From Anaerolineae bacterium (GTDB lineage Bacteria > Chloroflexota > Anaerolineae > JACRMK01): DNA of 64,000 bases. The position numbers and the translations under genes are program-made. Positions 30,101 through 37,542 of the stretch are shown one piece after another. Numbering within the stretch: position 1 is the first letter of the stretch; every line of letters starts with the position of its first letter. The notes beneath the pieces were generated by a model, which saw only the letters and a list, made by a program, of their open reading frames with translations, was not told the origin of the DNA and did no database searches. Location: the NCBI GenBank assembly GCA_038198935.1, contig JBBPZQ010000021.1:289-64288 (forward strand). The letters are read 5' to 3'.

Positions 30101-31172
30101 TGTCATCACCCCACGAGTTCGATACAATGTCGGGCGCGAGCGAGGGGTCGCCGGCCGGCGCGAGCGTCCATTGAAACGCGGCATGAATCCACGAGTCGGT
30201 GGCATAACCCGCGTTGGTGAAAATCTTTGCGGAGATCCACTGTGCGCCGGGTGCAACGCCGATGGCGTGATCCGCAGCGCTGCCGACGAGCGTGCCCATC
30301 GTGTGCGTGCCGTGACCGTAATCGTCAATCGGATACTGCGCGCCAAGCGTGGTTGCGTCGAACCAGTTGCCGTTGTGCACCGCGGGCCCGTTCGCGCGAT
30401 AGCCGCGATATTTCGACTGCAAAGCTGGATGCTGCCAGTCCACACCCGTGTCGAGCGTCGCGACGACGACACCGCTGCCATCAATGTTAAAAGCGTTCCA
30501 CACCTGATCGGCGCGAATTTTGGCGATGTTCCATTCGACGGTTGCAGGCGTCGTCGTATTCGAGTTTGGATCCGACGGTGGACCAAAGACGGTGGACGGC
30601 AGTTGAGCCGTGACTTCCGTGTCCTGTCTTCCGTCTTCAGTCATGTCGCCGTGATCGTCATCAATGACTAACGTCTCGTTGAACAACTTACGCGTGTGAT
30701 CGGCTTTGACGACGAGCACTTCGGGGCGCGCAGCCACATCGAAAATCGTTTGCCGATCCGCGCGCGCGGCGATGGCGTTCGTGACCCAGAAGGCGCGAAT
30801 GTTATTCGCTTTGCCGTTGCGTGCGCGCGCGTCAAGCAACGAGCGTACGTCACGCTGCGTGCGCTCGGCGTGCGCTTGCAGTTTTGCGACGAGCGCGCGA
30901 CGCTGCTCGACACGACTCACGGTCTTCGCTGTGGTGAGATCAGTCGGCGCGAACTGCGCGATGAATGGGATGATCCCGTTCTTATCTTCCAGAATTTGTT
31001 TGAGCAGCGCAGGTTCGAGTTTGCGCGCCACGTCGGGCGGGATGGGCGTGGCTTGCGCGGGCGCGGCAGCGGGCGAGGCAGCGCGTGCATCGGGCGGTGT
31101 AGGTGCAAATAGAAAGATGAATGGAATGCAGAACAGCGCGAGGAGTAACCACCACGAGCGGCGTACGTACAT
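27141..31172 (-). CDS. S8 (subtilisin-like) serine protease, 1343 aa, with a large C-terminal extension
   Basis: Signal peptide and I9-like propeptide. Catalytic triad contexts VVATLDTGVD, HGTHTMGT and SGTSMATPHIAGVAAL. Two CarboxypepD_reg-like beta-sandwiches. Two tandem repeats of about 230 aa of an unassigned domain. Confidence 0.9.
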   Translation of the reverse strand: MYVRRSWWLLLALFCIPFIFLFAPTPPDARAASPAAAPAQATPIPPDVARKLEPALLKQILEDKNGIIPFIAQFAPTDLTTAKTVSRVEQRRALVAKLQAHAERTQRDVRSLLDARARNGKANNIRAFWVTNAIAARADRQTIFDVAARPEVLVVKADHTRKLFNETLVIDDDHGDMTEDGRQDTEVTAQLPSTVFGPPSDPNSNTTTPATVEWNIAKIRADQVWNAFNIDGSGVVVATLDTGVDWQHPALQSKYRGYRANGPAVHNGNWFDATTLGAQYPIDDYGHGTHTMGTLVGSAADHAIGVAPGAQWISAKIFTNAGYATDSWIHAAFQWTLAPAGDPSLAPDIVSNSWGDDNGTVTTFLADVQTMRAANIFMVFANGNNGINGAGTVGSPASYAESIGVGAVDSNDVVAYFSARGPSPITGDIKPDVSAPGVNVPSSTPGGGYRNMSGTSMATPHIAGVAALIMQAQPSISIGDTLFVITSTAAPLSTTVPNNATGWGRVDAYAAVLRVNTRGTLSGTVTSGGAPIANASIVATDRFTRTTQTTSNGAGTYELPLSEGRYSITVSAFGYAPILNNSVLITSNQVTRYDVDLSIAPTATVRGRVSELSTNAPLSATIRALNTPTSAPTDALGNYSFTLPIGNYILRASNPTHRAITTTVTLFAGDVLTRDFALTPAPSILLVDSGAWYNDSQIQYYTQPLDALGYPYTLHTITNPISAAPIITEMAAYSITLWSSPLDSPEYVGAGGTLIQYMDQGGRLFLSGQDVAFWDGGGALFFPPTYFPQRLFAHYVGDTVASPLVRGTDGSAFAGITLTVNITDSARNQTTMDQIALLDETAKPLATYAGGELAGLAVATCLPYRAAYIGFGLEGVGPIGARAAALDNLITWFMSPPPIHDFALSYDDNIAVGLPTQSVTHALALRNTGALTDSFALLPSGNAWTNTFWNGAFTNTLASNFTLAPCARQSVGIRSDIPANAARNVSDTLTLAVLAASTNATQTRALTSKTPATVLLVDDDRWYDIDPLYQAALNANGAPFDKFDTHGYAGPPLARLQMYPVVVWTSGYDWFDPLSDNDENNLRAYLDAGGRLFYSAQDYLYVRGNVSNFARQYFGVLTYTNDMTITTVSGVPGNIIADGLGPYPLLYPYRNFSDYLTPTVSAQPTFIGNDVAASALIYHDTSNNFKTVFFAFPFEAIKNTAQPTVMRSIVGWLSPLGDSTLNAPLFVRPNARFAYQVQLSSSNLSFVPSARISITLPAEVTLASSSQPFPFNYDETARTLYWQGDVSIPPSLQFTVQVNPALGVGSTFTTTMRVDDGEGIVFTRSARTSIPGVVLYFPWVPRQ

Positions 31173-31248
31173 TGCTCCATGTTACAGGCAATTGGGCGAA
31201 GGGGCAAAAATTTACAACTTACACGGGCCATTCACAACAGGGGAGAGA

Positions 31249-32310
31249 CTAACGCAGCTGCTTACTGATCTCGCTTGCGGCAGAGCGTATGTTGAGGCGC
31301 AGTGTGCCGAACGGGATGTCGTTGCGGCAGACCGTCACCAACAAGACGCTCTCGCTCACATCATACGCATATAAATGATAGCGGTCGCCTTCGAGGTTCG
31401 ATTGCTGGAAGCGGCTGCGCTCGCCGACGAACGACGACAACTCGCTCGCGGCTTTGCGCCAACGCACGATGCGCTCGACAAACATCTCGACGCGCGCACC
31501 GTTGAAGTTGCTGCGCTGCGCCAGCACCGCTGCGTCTTTGATCACGAGCACCGCTTCGGCTCGAATTTCGTTCGCCAGTTTCAGCAAGATCACGTCCAGC
31601 GCGCCGTCGCCGCTGCGCGCGGCGGGTGCTGCATTGGGCGGAAGCGCCGCCGTGAAAGTTGGGGTTGCGCGCGTGGGGGACGTGCTTGGGCGCACGCGCG
31701 GGCGTGCGAGCGATGTGTTGATGAGTGGTTCAGGTTGGCGCGTCTCAGGCACGAGCGGCGCGCGCGTGGGTGGCTCGGACTTGTGGCCATTCCCCTTGCC
31801 ATTGGTTGGCGCAGCGGCCGTGGAACGCGTCGGCGTCGGCGTGCGCTGACGTAGGCGTGGTTTGCCTTTTGCCGTGCCTCGTTGCAGCACAGAAAAAGGC
31901 TTGCTCGCGTCGCTTATCTTTTCGGGTGGCGGCGGCAGCTCGACGAGCGGCCTGACAGGAATGCCAAGCACGTTCGCTATTTGCTCGCCGAGGTCGCCGA
32001 TGAAGAACGGCTTGGTGAGCGTGCCCTGCACGTCGAGCGATTGCGCGTTGTTGGGCAATGCATCGCCCAACGGAATCAACATCACCCGCGTCTGCGGCGA
32101 CGCGTGGCGAATGGACGCGACGAGCGTGGACACATCGGCAATTGCCATATCGGCGATGAGCAAGTCAGGGCTTTGCTTCTGCGCGGCAGCAACCGCAGCC
32201 GCACTCGTGCTGGCGTGCTCGGCGCTATAGTCGCCGTTCAGCTCCAGCACTTGCTTCAACATCAGCCCGAAGGCTTCGTCGGGATCGGCAATTAGAATAC
32301 GCGGCAGCAT
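31249..32310 (-). CDS. response regulator: REC domain, Pro/Thr/Arg-rich linker, Roadblock/LC7-like C-terminal domain (tentative)
   Basis: REC motifs ILIADPD, LLIADMAI and TLTKPF. The C-terminal ~115 aa (AEAVLVIKDAAVLAQ ... HLYAYDVSESVLLVTVC ... FGTLRLNIRSAASEISKQL) follow the MglB/Roadblock pattern. Confidence 0.6.
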   Translation of the reverse strand: MLPRILIADPDEAFGLMLKQVLELNGDYSAEHASTSAAAVAAAQKQSPDLLIADMAIADVSTLVASIRHASPQTRVMLIPLGDALPNNAQSLDVQGTLTKPFFIGDLGEQIANVLGIPVRPLVELPPPPEKISDASKPFSVLQRGTAKGKPRLRQRTPTPTRSTAAAPTNGKGNGHKSEPPTRAPLVPETRQPEPLINTSLARPRVRPSTSPTRATPTFTAALPPNAAPAARSGDGALDVILLKLANEIRAEAVLVIKDAAVLAQRSNFNGARVEMFVERIVRWRKAASELSSFVGERSRFQQSNLEGDRYHLYAYDVSESVLLVTVCRNDIPFGTLRLNIRSAASEISKQLR

Positions 32311-32387
32311 CTTTCACTCCAACGGCGAGATTGTACCGATAAGCAGCCCACATTGGCAAGAGTACTTTTAGCGCGGACGTGACGCGG

Positions 32388-33233
32388 CTAACGCAGGGTG
32401 ACGCGCATGATGACGAGCGCACTCACGCCGAGGAGCGCAAGCGCGAGCAGGCTCAGTTCGATCGGGTGCAGGTCGAAGGTGTTCGGTGCTGAGGTGGAAG
32501 GCACAGACTCGGCAGGAATGGCTGTGCGCGTCGGCGCGGTGGTCGGCACTGCGGTTGGCACGTTCGTAGCAGTCGCCGTGGGTGCGCGTGTGTTCGTCGG
32601 CACGGCGGTCGGGCTTGCAGTTGACGTGGGCGTGCTGCTCACGCTGGCGCTGGCGACGATGGGCGAGCGCGTTGTGGGTATCGTCGGCGTGGCAGCCAGT
32701 GTGGGCGCACTCGTCGGCGCGGCGGCTGCGCTGGTTGGTTGCGACGGCTGCTGCGGTGCAGTGGTCGCCGCCAGTGCGCCCGCCGGTGCGCTGGTCGAGG
32801 CTTTCGATTCATTCGTCGCCGAATCAGCAGCCTGTGCTGCGGCAGCCAGCGTCGGCGCCGATGCTATTTGTGGCGCCGATGCGCGAGTCGCAGAGTTCGA
32901 TGAACGGTTGACCGCGAACACATCCGCGCCGACGACGACGACCAGCAGCAACACGGCGAGCGCGGTCATGCCTTGCAGCGCGCGATAGCCCCAACTGCTC
33001 TGCCAGCGCGGCAAGGTGTGCGCCGCCGTTTCGGGCGAGAGCGTGAACGAGCGCGGCGCGCGCACGGCTGGCATCGCCGCGACGAGCCGCTGTGTATATT
33101 GCAGCGATGCGAGGTCGCGCTGACACGCGGCACACGCGCGCAGGTGCTGGGCGACGCGCGAGCGTTCCGACGCGCTCAACTGGTTGTCGAGGTACGCCGA
33201 TAATTGATCGGTGATATGCTTAGCGTTACTCAT
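32388..33233 (-). CDS. zf-HC2 anti-sigma factor with a long low-complexity ectodomain and a C-terminal hydrophobic helix
   Basis: HLRACAACQRDLASL zinc-finger motif. TM1 is LQGMTALAVLLLVVVVGADVF. About 150 aa rich in Ala/Thr/Ser/Pro. C-terminal LSLLALALLGVSALVIM. Start overlaps the sigma gene stop. Confidence 0.75.
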   Translation of the reverse strand: MSNAKHITDQLSAYLDNQLSASERSRVAQHLRACAACQRDLASLQYTQRLVAAMPAVRAPRSFTLSPETAAHTLPRWQSSWGYRALQGMTALAVLLLVVVVGADVFAVNRSSNSATRASAPQIASAPTLAAAAQAADSATNESKASTSAPAGALAATTAPQQPSQPTSAAAAPTSAPTLAATPTIPTTRSPIVASASVSSTPTSTASPTAVPTNTRAPTATATNVPTAVPTTAPTRTAIPAESVPSTSAPNTFDLHPIELSLLALALLGVSALVIMRVTLR

Positions 33234-33859
33234 AATCGTTCACTGCTTAGACGAAACTGTTCGGGCAAATGTTCCTGTCGCTCCAGCAGCCAATCGCGCA
33301 GGCGCAGCCGCGCGCGATTGAGGCGTGACTTGACCGTGCCGAGATTGGTCTGCGTCGCCGATGCAATCTCTTCATACGATAAACCCTGCACGTCTGCCAA
33401 CACGAGCACGATGCGCTGGTCGTCCGGCAGTTGGCTAATACCGTGCTGCAATAAGCGGTGCAACTCCGCGCGCGCCGCGTGCTCTTCGGGACCTTCGCGC
33501 GAGTCTACGAAGTCGGGCGGCTCGCGCTCCTCGTCGCTGTTCAGCATGTCTTCGAGCGAATCGGCGGGCCGACGCTTGCGCGCGCGCACGTAATCGTAGC
33601 AGGCGTTGGTCACGATGCGCAGCAGCCACGCTTTGAACGAACCGTCGCGATAATCTTTGAGGTGTTTGTATGCGGAGATGAACGCTTCTTGGGTCGTGTC
33701 TGCCGCCGAGTCGCCGTCGCCGAGGATGCGATACGCGGTGTAGTACAGCGCGTCTTGATATAATTCGACCAGACGATTGAATGCGCGCAGGTCGCCGCGC
33801 TTGGCGGATTGAATTAGTTCGCGTTCGACGCGCGCTTGGGCTTCACTCATGGGGGGCAC
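33230..33859 (-). CDS. ECF-type RNA polymerase sigma factor
   Basis: Region 2 (FNRLVELYQDALYYTAYRILGD, EAFISAYKHL) and region 4 (LPDDQRIVLVLADVQGLSYEEIASATQTNLGTVKSRLNRAR). Confidence 0.88.
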   Translation of the reverse strand: MPPMSEAQARVERELIQSAKRGDLRAFNRLVELYQDALYYTAYRILGDGDSAADTTQEAFISAYKHLKDYRDGSFKAWLLRIVTNACYDYVRARKRRPADSLEDMLNSDEEREPPDFVDSREGPEEHAARAELHRLLQHGISQLPDDQRIVLVLADVQGLSYEEIASATQTNLGTVKSRLNRARLRLRDWLLERQEHLPEQFRLSSERL

Positions 33860-33884
33860 AAGGGGGGCGAGATTCGCATTTTGT

Positions 33885-33913
33885 TTGACAGCGCAACTGT
33901 CCTCGCGTATACT
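33885..33913 (+). promoter_or_regulatory. consensus sigma70 promoter of tRNA-Leu
   Basis: TTGACA (33885-33890), a 17-nt spacer, then TATACT (33908-33913), 28 nt before the tRNA. Confidence 0.65.
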
Positions 33914-33940
33914 TGCTTTCGTTCTTCGTTGCGCCGCGAT

Positions 33941-34026
33941 GCCGAGGTGGCGGAACTGGCAGACGCGCTGGACTCAAAATCCAGTGCCTCGAAAGAGGCG
34001 TGTGGGTTCGATTCCCTCCCTCGGCA
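33941..34026 (+). tRNA. tRNA-Leu (anticodon CAA), class II with a long variable arm
   Basis: GCCGAGG acceptor stem paired with CCTCGGC. Anticodon stem-loop CTGGA-CTCAAAA-TCCAG. Long variable arm TGCCTCGAAAGAGGCGT. T-loop TTCGATT. One U-U mismatch in the T stem. CCA is not encoded. Confidence 0.88.
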
Positions 34027-34041
34027 CTGTGCTTATCCTCA

Positions 34042-34079
34042 CGCTCAACCCGTTGCAGCAACTTCAGGGTTGAGCGTTT
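34042..34079 (+). terminator. rho-independent terminator after tRNA-Leu
   Basis: Stem cgctcaaccc (34042-34051) / gggttgagcg (34067-34076), followed by TTTG. Confidence 0.6.
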
Positions 34080-34277
34080 GCATTATATCATAGCCCTCGT
34101 CCCTCCTTAATAAGCTAAGCCTCTGAGCCTCCACTCGCGTTTATCTGCCGATTCGTCCGTCTAACTCCACAGAGCAGCAGCCTCTCAGCGTATAGCCTGT
34201 AGTTCTCAGTTACACCGCGCTTGTCCATGCTTATACTGTTCGCGGCGCATTGAACTTTGAACGGAAGGCGATGACTG

Positions 34278-35309
34278 ATGGACGAACAGATAACCCCGAC
34301 GCGGCGTTTTTATGTCATTTTGCTGAGCTTGGTGCTGTTTGCGCTGGTGGATGGATTCGTGTTCGGCGTGTTCGCGGCGCTGTCCGCCCAACCAGCCAGC
34401 GCGGCGACAGACACGCAAGCGGAGACGGACGATTACATCGCGCTCATCAGTGCGACGTTCCAATTCGATCAAGACCTTGCCGCAGCGATGCAGCGGTTGA
34501 GCGCGCTCAATCGGGATGCCAATGTCGCGAGCAAACTGGTCGTGGCGGCGCGGACACGCGCGACTGCTCACCACCTTACACAGCGCGCCGAGTCCATCGC
34601 GGCGCTCGCACAGGCTCTGCGTGCCGCCACTGCGTTGAATGAAGTCTCGCCCGAAACGCCCACGCCTACCTTCACACCTTTCGTGCTCGCTGCTTTGGAT
34701 CTGGCTGCGCCTGCGCCGAGCACGCCGACACCGCAAAATACGCTGACGAGCGCGCCAGCCACGACCACTCGAACGAACACGCCAACGCGCGCGCCGGCCG
34801 CCACGCGCACGGCGACGCCGACACGCCTGCCAACTTCGACGCGCACGCCACGACCGAAGGCGACGGCGACGCAAGTCGTCGTTCCACAGAGCACGGCGAC
34901 GGCGACGCCCAGCGTGGATTACAAAATTACACTCGTGCGCCAACTCACGCCGTGCGAGAACGAAGGCAATCACAACATCTACGTGCTCGTGCTCGATCAG
35001 CAGGGCAACGGCATCGCTGGCGTGCAAGTCGAAGCCGTGTGGTCGCCCGGCTCGATGCGTGCGTTCACAGGGCAGAAGGTCGAATACATTCCGTCGCTTG
35101 GCGTAAACGCGCAGACGACGGCGGGTTTCGTAAACCTGCCGATGTATAAAGGCAGCTATCGGGTGCATGTGCTGGGCGCGGTCAGCGAGTGGACAGACTG
35201 GCTGACAGTGGACATCCCGCGCGACGAGTTGTGCGCGGCGACCGATAACCCGCAAGCCAACTCGCTGTTCCATTATTCATATTTGGTGGTTTTCCAAAAA
35301 GTGAGGTAA
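34278..35309 (+). CDS. paralog 1: signal-anchored protein (TM, helical juxtamembrane module, PT linker, orphan C-terminal domain)
   Basis: 343 aa. TM is FYVILLSLVLFALVDGFVFGVFAAL. Helical module DDYIALISATFQFDQDLAAAMQRLSAL. C-terminal domain VDYKITLVRQLTPCENEGNHNIY...TGQKVEYIP...NSLFHYSYLVVFQKVR, shared with 37543-40410. Confidence 0.8.
   Translation: MDEQITPTRRFYVILLSLVLFALVDGFVFGVFAALSAQPASAATDTQAETDDYIALISATFQFDQDLAAAMQRLSALNRDANVASKLVVAARTRATAHHLTQRAESIAALAQALRAATALNEVSPETPTPTFTPFVLAALDLAAPAPSTPTPQNTLTSAPATTTRTNTPTRAPAATRTATPTRLPTSTRTPRPKATATQVVVPQSTATATPSVDYKITLVRQLTPCENEGNHNIYVLVLDQQGNGIAGVQVEAVWSPGSMRAFTGQKVEYIPSLGVNAQTTAGFVNLPMYKGSYRVHVLGAVSEWTDWLTVDIPRDELCAATDNPQANSLFHYSYLVVFQKVR
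34911..35306 (+). other. orphan C-terminal domain, copy 1 (~132 aa)
   Basis: Roughly 60% amino-acid identity by eye to copy 4 (40015-40407). Two conserved Cys. Confidence 0.7.
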
Positions 35310-35313
35310 AAGA

Positions 35314-35362
35314 TTCACGCATGACGTATTCGTCAATCGTAATGCGTAATGCGTGATGCGTA
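35314..35362. repeat. heptamer-built element (ATGCGTA-type units) with a short inverted match
   Basis: ttcacgc atgacgt attcgtc aatcgta atgcgta atgcgtg atgcgta. tcacgcat pairs with atgcgtga. Confidence 0.7.
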
Positions 35363-35382
35363 ATTTAACTCAGGACTACTGA

Positions 35383-36435
35383 ATGAACCGTGTACTTGGT
35401 CCCGTGCTTGGGTTGATACTATTGGGCATCGTCATCGGCTTTGTGCTGGGCGTGGTGGTCGGTGTGTTTGTGCTGCCCGTGTCGTTTACCAATACCGACG
35501 TTTCCAATCTGCGTCCCGCGCAGAAAGATGATTACGTCGTAATGGTCAGCGCGGCGTATGCGCTCGACAACAATTTGTCGGATGCGAAGCAGCGACTTGC
35601 GCGGCTTGATAACGACCAGAGCGCGGCGGCAAAATACGTCGCCGATGTCGCACAGCGCTCGATTGACAAGAACGACACGCGCAACGCTCGAAACATCGCC
35701 GCGCTTGCTATCGCGCTCGGCGCGGGCACATCGTCGCTGCGCAATTATGTGAACGCTGCGTCGTCGCCTGCGCCGACGCCCATCGCCACGTTCACGCCAA
35801 CAGCCGCCGCAACCGCCAAACCTGCCGCACTGCTCGAGGACAGGCAAACGCCGACGCCAACCACCGCCGACACCGACACCCCTTCGCCGACGAAGACAGC
35901 CGTGAAAGCGACCAGCACCGCGCGCCCGCCGACGGCAACATTCACGCCCGCGCCGCCAAAGGCGACCGCCACATCCGTGCCGCCGACCAAAGCGCCCCAA
36001 CCTGCCGTTGCGTTCAAGGTCATCGAGCAGCGCATGTTGAGCATTACGGAGAATGGCGGCTGCGCCGGCAATCATACGTTCTACATCAAAGCGGTTGACA
36101 TCAATGGCGTGCCTCTCCCGAACATCATCGTCGAACGTCGCTATGTGGCACAAGTGGCAGTGCCGCCGACGGGCGCTAAAGGGCCAGGGCGCACCGAAGA
36201 CGAAGCGGGCGATGGCAATGCCTATCACGTGCTGCGCGATACTGGCGGCACGGCATTTACGAGCGATTGGACGCGCGAGATGAGCACGATTGACGAAGCC
36301 ATCCCGAACAGCGACCTTATCGCGTCGGGTTATTGCGCAAACGACGCCGATTGCAACGCGCGCAAGGGCGTCACGGTCAACCTACTGTGCCGACGGCATT
36401 ATTCGTATAGCGTGACGTTCCAGCGGCAGTGGTAA
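35383..36435 (+). CDS. paralog 2: signal-anchored protein with the same architecture and a divergent C-terminal domain
   Basis: 350 aa. TM, helical module DDYVVMVSAAYALDNNLSDAKQRLARL, PT linker, then C-terminus FKVIEQRML...CAGNHTFYIKAVDINGVPLPNIIV...HYSYSVTFQRQW. Confidence 0.75.
   Translation: MNRVLGPVLGLILLGIVIGFVLGVVVGVFVLPVSFTNTDVSNLRPAQKDDYVVMVSAAYALDNNLSDAKQRLARLDNDQSAAAKYVADVAQRSIDKNDTRNARNIAALAIALGAGTSSLRNYVNAASSPAPTPIATFTPTAAATAKPAALLEDRQTPTPTTADTDTPSPTKTAVKATSTARPPTATFTPAPPKATATSVPPTKAPQPAVAFKVIEQRMLSITENGGCAGNHTFYIKAVDINGVPLPNIIVERRYVAQVAVPPTGAKGPGRTEDEAGDGNAYHVLRDTGGTAFTSDWTREMSTIDEAIPNSDLIASGYCANDADCNARKGVTVNLLCRRHYSYSVTFQRQW
36013..36432 (+). other. orphan C-terminal domain, copy 2 (divergent, with inserted Cys-rich loop)
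   Basis: Retains GNH...(Y/F)(I/V)...D..G.(P/G)(I/L), and its HYSYSVTFQ end matches the HYSYLVVFQ end of copies 1 and 4. Confidence 0.5.
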
Positions 36436-36439
36436 AAAT

Positions 36440-36513
36440 GGTCGTCAGTCATGAGTCGCTAGTCGTTAGTTGCATATCGGGCTAACGACTAATGACGAGC
36501 GACGAACGACTAC
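36440..36513. repeat. heptamer-built hairpin (AGTCNNN x4 / NNNNCGA-CT x5)
   Basis: ggtcgtc agtcatg agtcgct agtcgtt agttgca tatcggg ctaacga ctaatga cgagcga cgaacga ctac. It ends at the ATG of paralog 3. Confidence 0.85.
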
Positions 36514-37374
36514 ATGAAATACGTTCTCGCCTTTCTGTTCGGCGTTGCGCTCGGACTGGCGACGGCGCTGGCGATTGTGTGGGGACTGCTCACGCCAGAG
36601 CCAACGCAAATCGTCACCGACCCGTCAGGCTTAACCACCGAATCAAAAGAAGAGTACATCCTGCTGGTCAGCATGACGTTCGTGCAGGATGGCGACCTCG
36701 AACGCGCGAAGCAGCGGCTGGTGCTGCTGAACGACCTCAACTTGCAGACCACGCTCGCGCGCTTGGCGGAACGCTACATCTCAGACTTGCGACCCGAACC
36801 GCAGCGGCGCGCGCTGGCGAAGATGGCAGTGGCAATGGGCGCAGACTCGGCGGCGCTGCGCGTCTATATCATCACGCCGACGCCGACGATGACGCTGCCG
36901 CCCACACCGACGTCTCCACCGACGAACACACCCGAACCACTCACGCCGACCCCGACCGCAACACTCACGCCGACGCCGACCAGTACCCGAATACCAACGG
37001 CGACGCCAACGCAAGCGCCGCGCGTGACGTTCCGCTTGTTCGAGCAAGCGCGCGTGCCGTGCGATCAGGACAAGACTGGTCGCGCGCAATTGTTGATCTA
37101 CGTCCAAGACCTAGCGGGCAAGGGCATCCCCGGCGTGAAGGTGCGCGTGCAGTGGGGCGAGGGTCAAGACGAGTTCTTCACCGGACTGAAAGGCACGGAT
37201 CCCGGCTACGCCGACTACGATCTGCTGCCCGCCAAAAGCTACAGCGCGCTCGTCGTGGACGGCACCAGTCAGATTGCGTTTAACTTGGACAGCGATCAAC
37301 TCGATCCCGAATGTCCCAACGACGGCAAGTCGCACTTCCGCGCGTGGCGCGTTGTCTTTCGCCGCAACAATTGA
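36514..37374 (+). CDS. paralog 3: signal-anchored protein with the same architecture and the most divergent C-terminal domain
   Basis: 286 aa. TM, helical module EEYILLVSMTFVQDGDLERAKQRLVLL, PT linker, then C-terminus VTFRLFEQARVPCDQ...LLIYVQDLAGKGIPGVKVRVQW...FTG...ECPNDG...FRAWRVVFRRNN. No clear RBS. Confidence 0.65.
   Translation: MKYVLAFLFGVALGLATALAIVWGLLTPEPTQIVTDPSGLTTESKEEYILLVSMTFVQDGDLERAKQRLVLLNDLNLQTTLARLAERYISDLRPEPQRRALAKMAVAMGADSAALRVYIITPTPTMTLPPTPTSPPTNTPEPLTPTPTATLTPTPTSTRIPTATPTQAPRVTFRLFEQARVPCDQDKTGRAQLLIYVQDLAGKGIPGVKVRVQWGEGQDEFFTGLKGTDPGYADYDLLPAKSYSALVVDGTSQIAFNLDSDQLDPECPNDGKSHFRAWRVVFRRNN
37024..37371 (+). other. orphan C-terminal domain, copy 3 (divergent)
   Basis: Same order of landmarks: Cys near the start, (Y/F)V.D..GKGIP.V.V...W, TG, a second Cys, and a terminal hydrophobic strand. 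Confidence 0.5.
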
Positions 37375-37542
37375 GACAGGAGAGAAGTCAGACTTCTTGA
37401 CCAGTCTGCCTTCTGCTCTCGAGACTGGGACAATCGTACTAAAACAGAATATCTGTTCGCACCGACGGCTTGACCGATTTGCACATTTTCGCATTTACTG
37501 TCACAATCCCAACCTGAATCTGACGCTTGAGGTTAAACAACG

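Noticed and set aside
33941-34026. The U-U mismatch in the T stem might indicate a tRNA pseudogene.
   Set aside because: The acceptor, D and anticodon arms, the long variable arm and the TTCGATT T-loop are all canonical. The gene also has its own consensus promoter and terminator. A single mismatch is tolerated in functional tRNAs.
34206-35273. 355-aa minus-strand ORF antisense to paralog 1. Similar long antisense ORFs occur at 49061-50482, 58232-59521, 47249-48277, 15975-16982, 53114-53971, 10344-11135, 35419-36228 and 40866-41828.
   Set aside because: All lie opposite genes with clear family signatures. Their translations are Arg/Ala/His-rich low-complexity sequence typical of shadow ORFs in GC-rich DNA. 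None has a recognisable motif or RBS.
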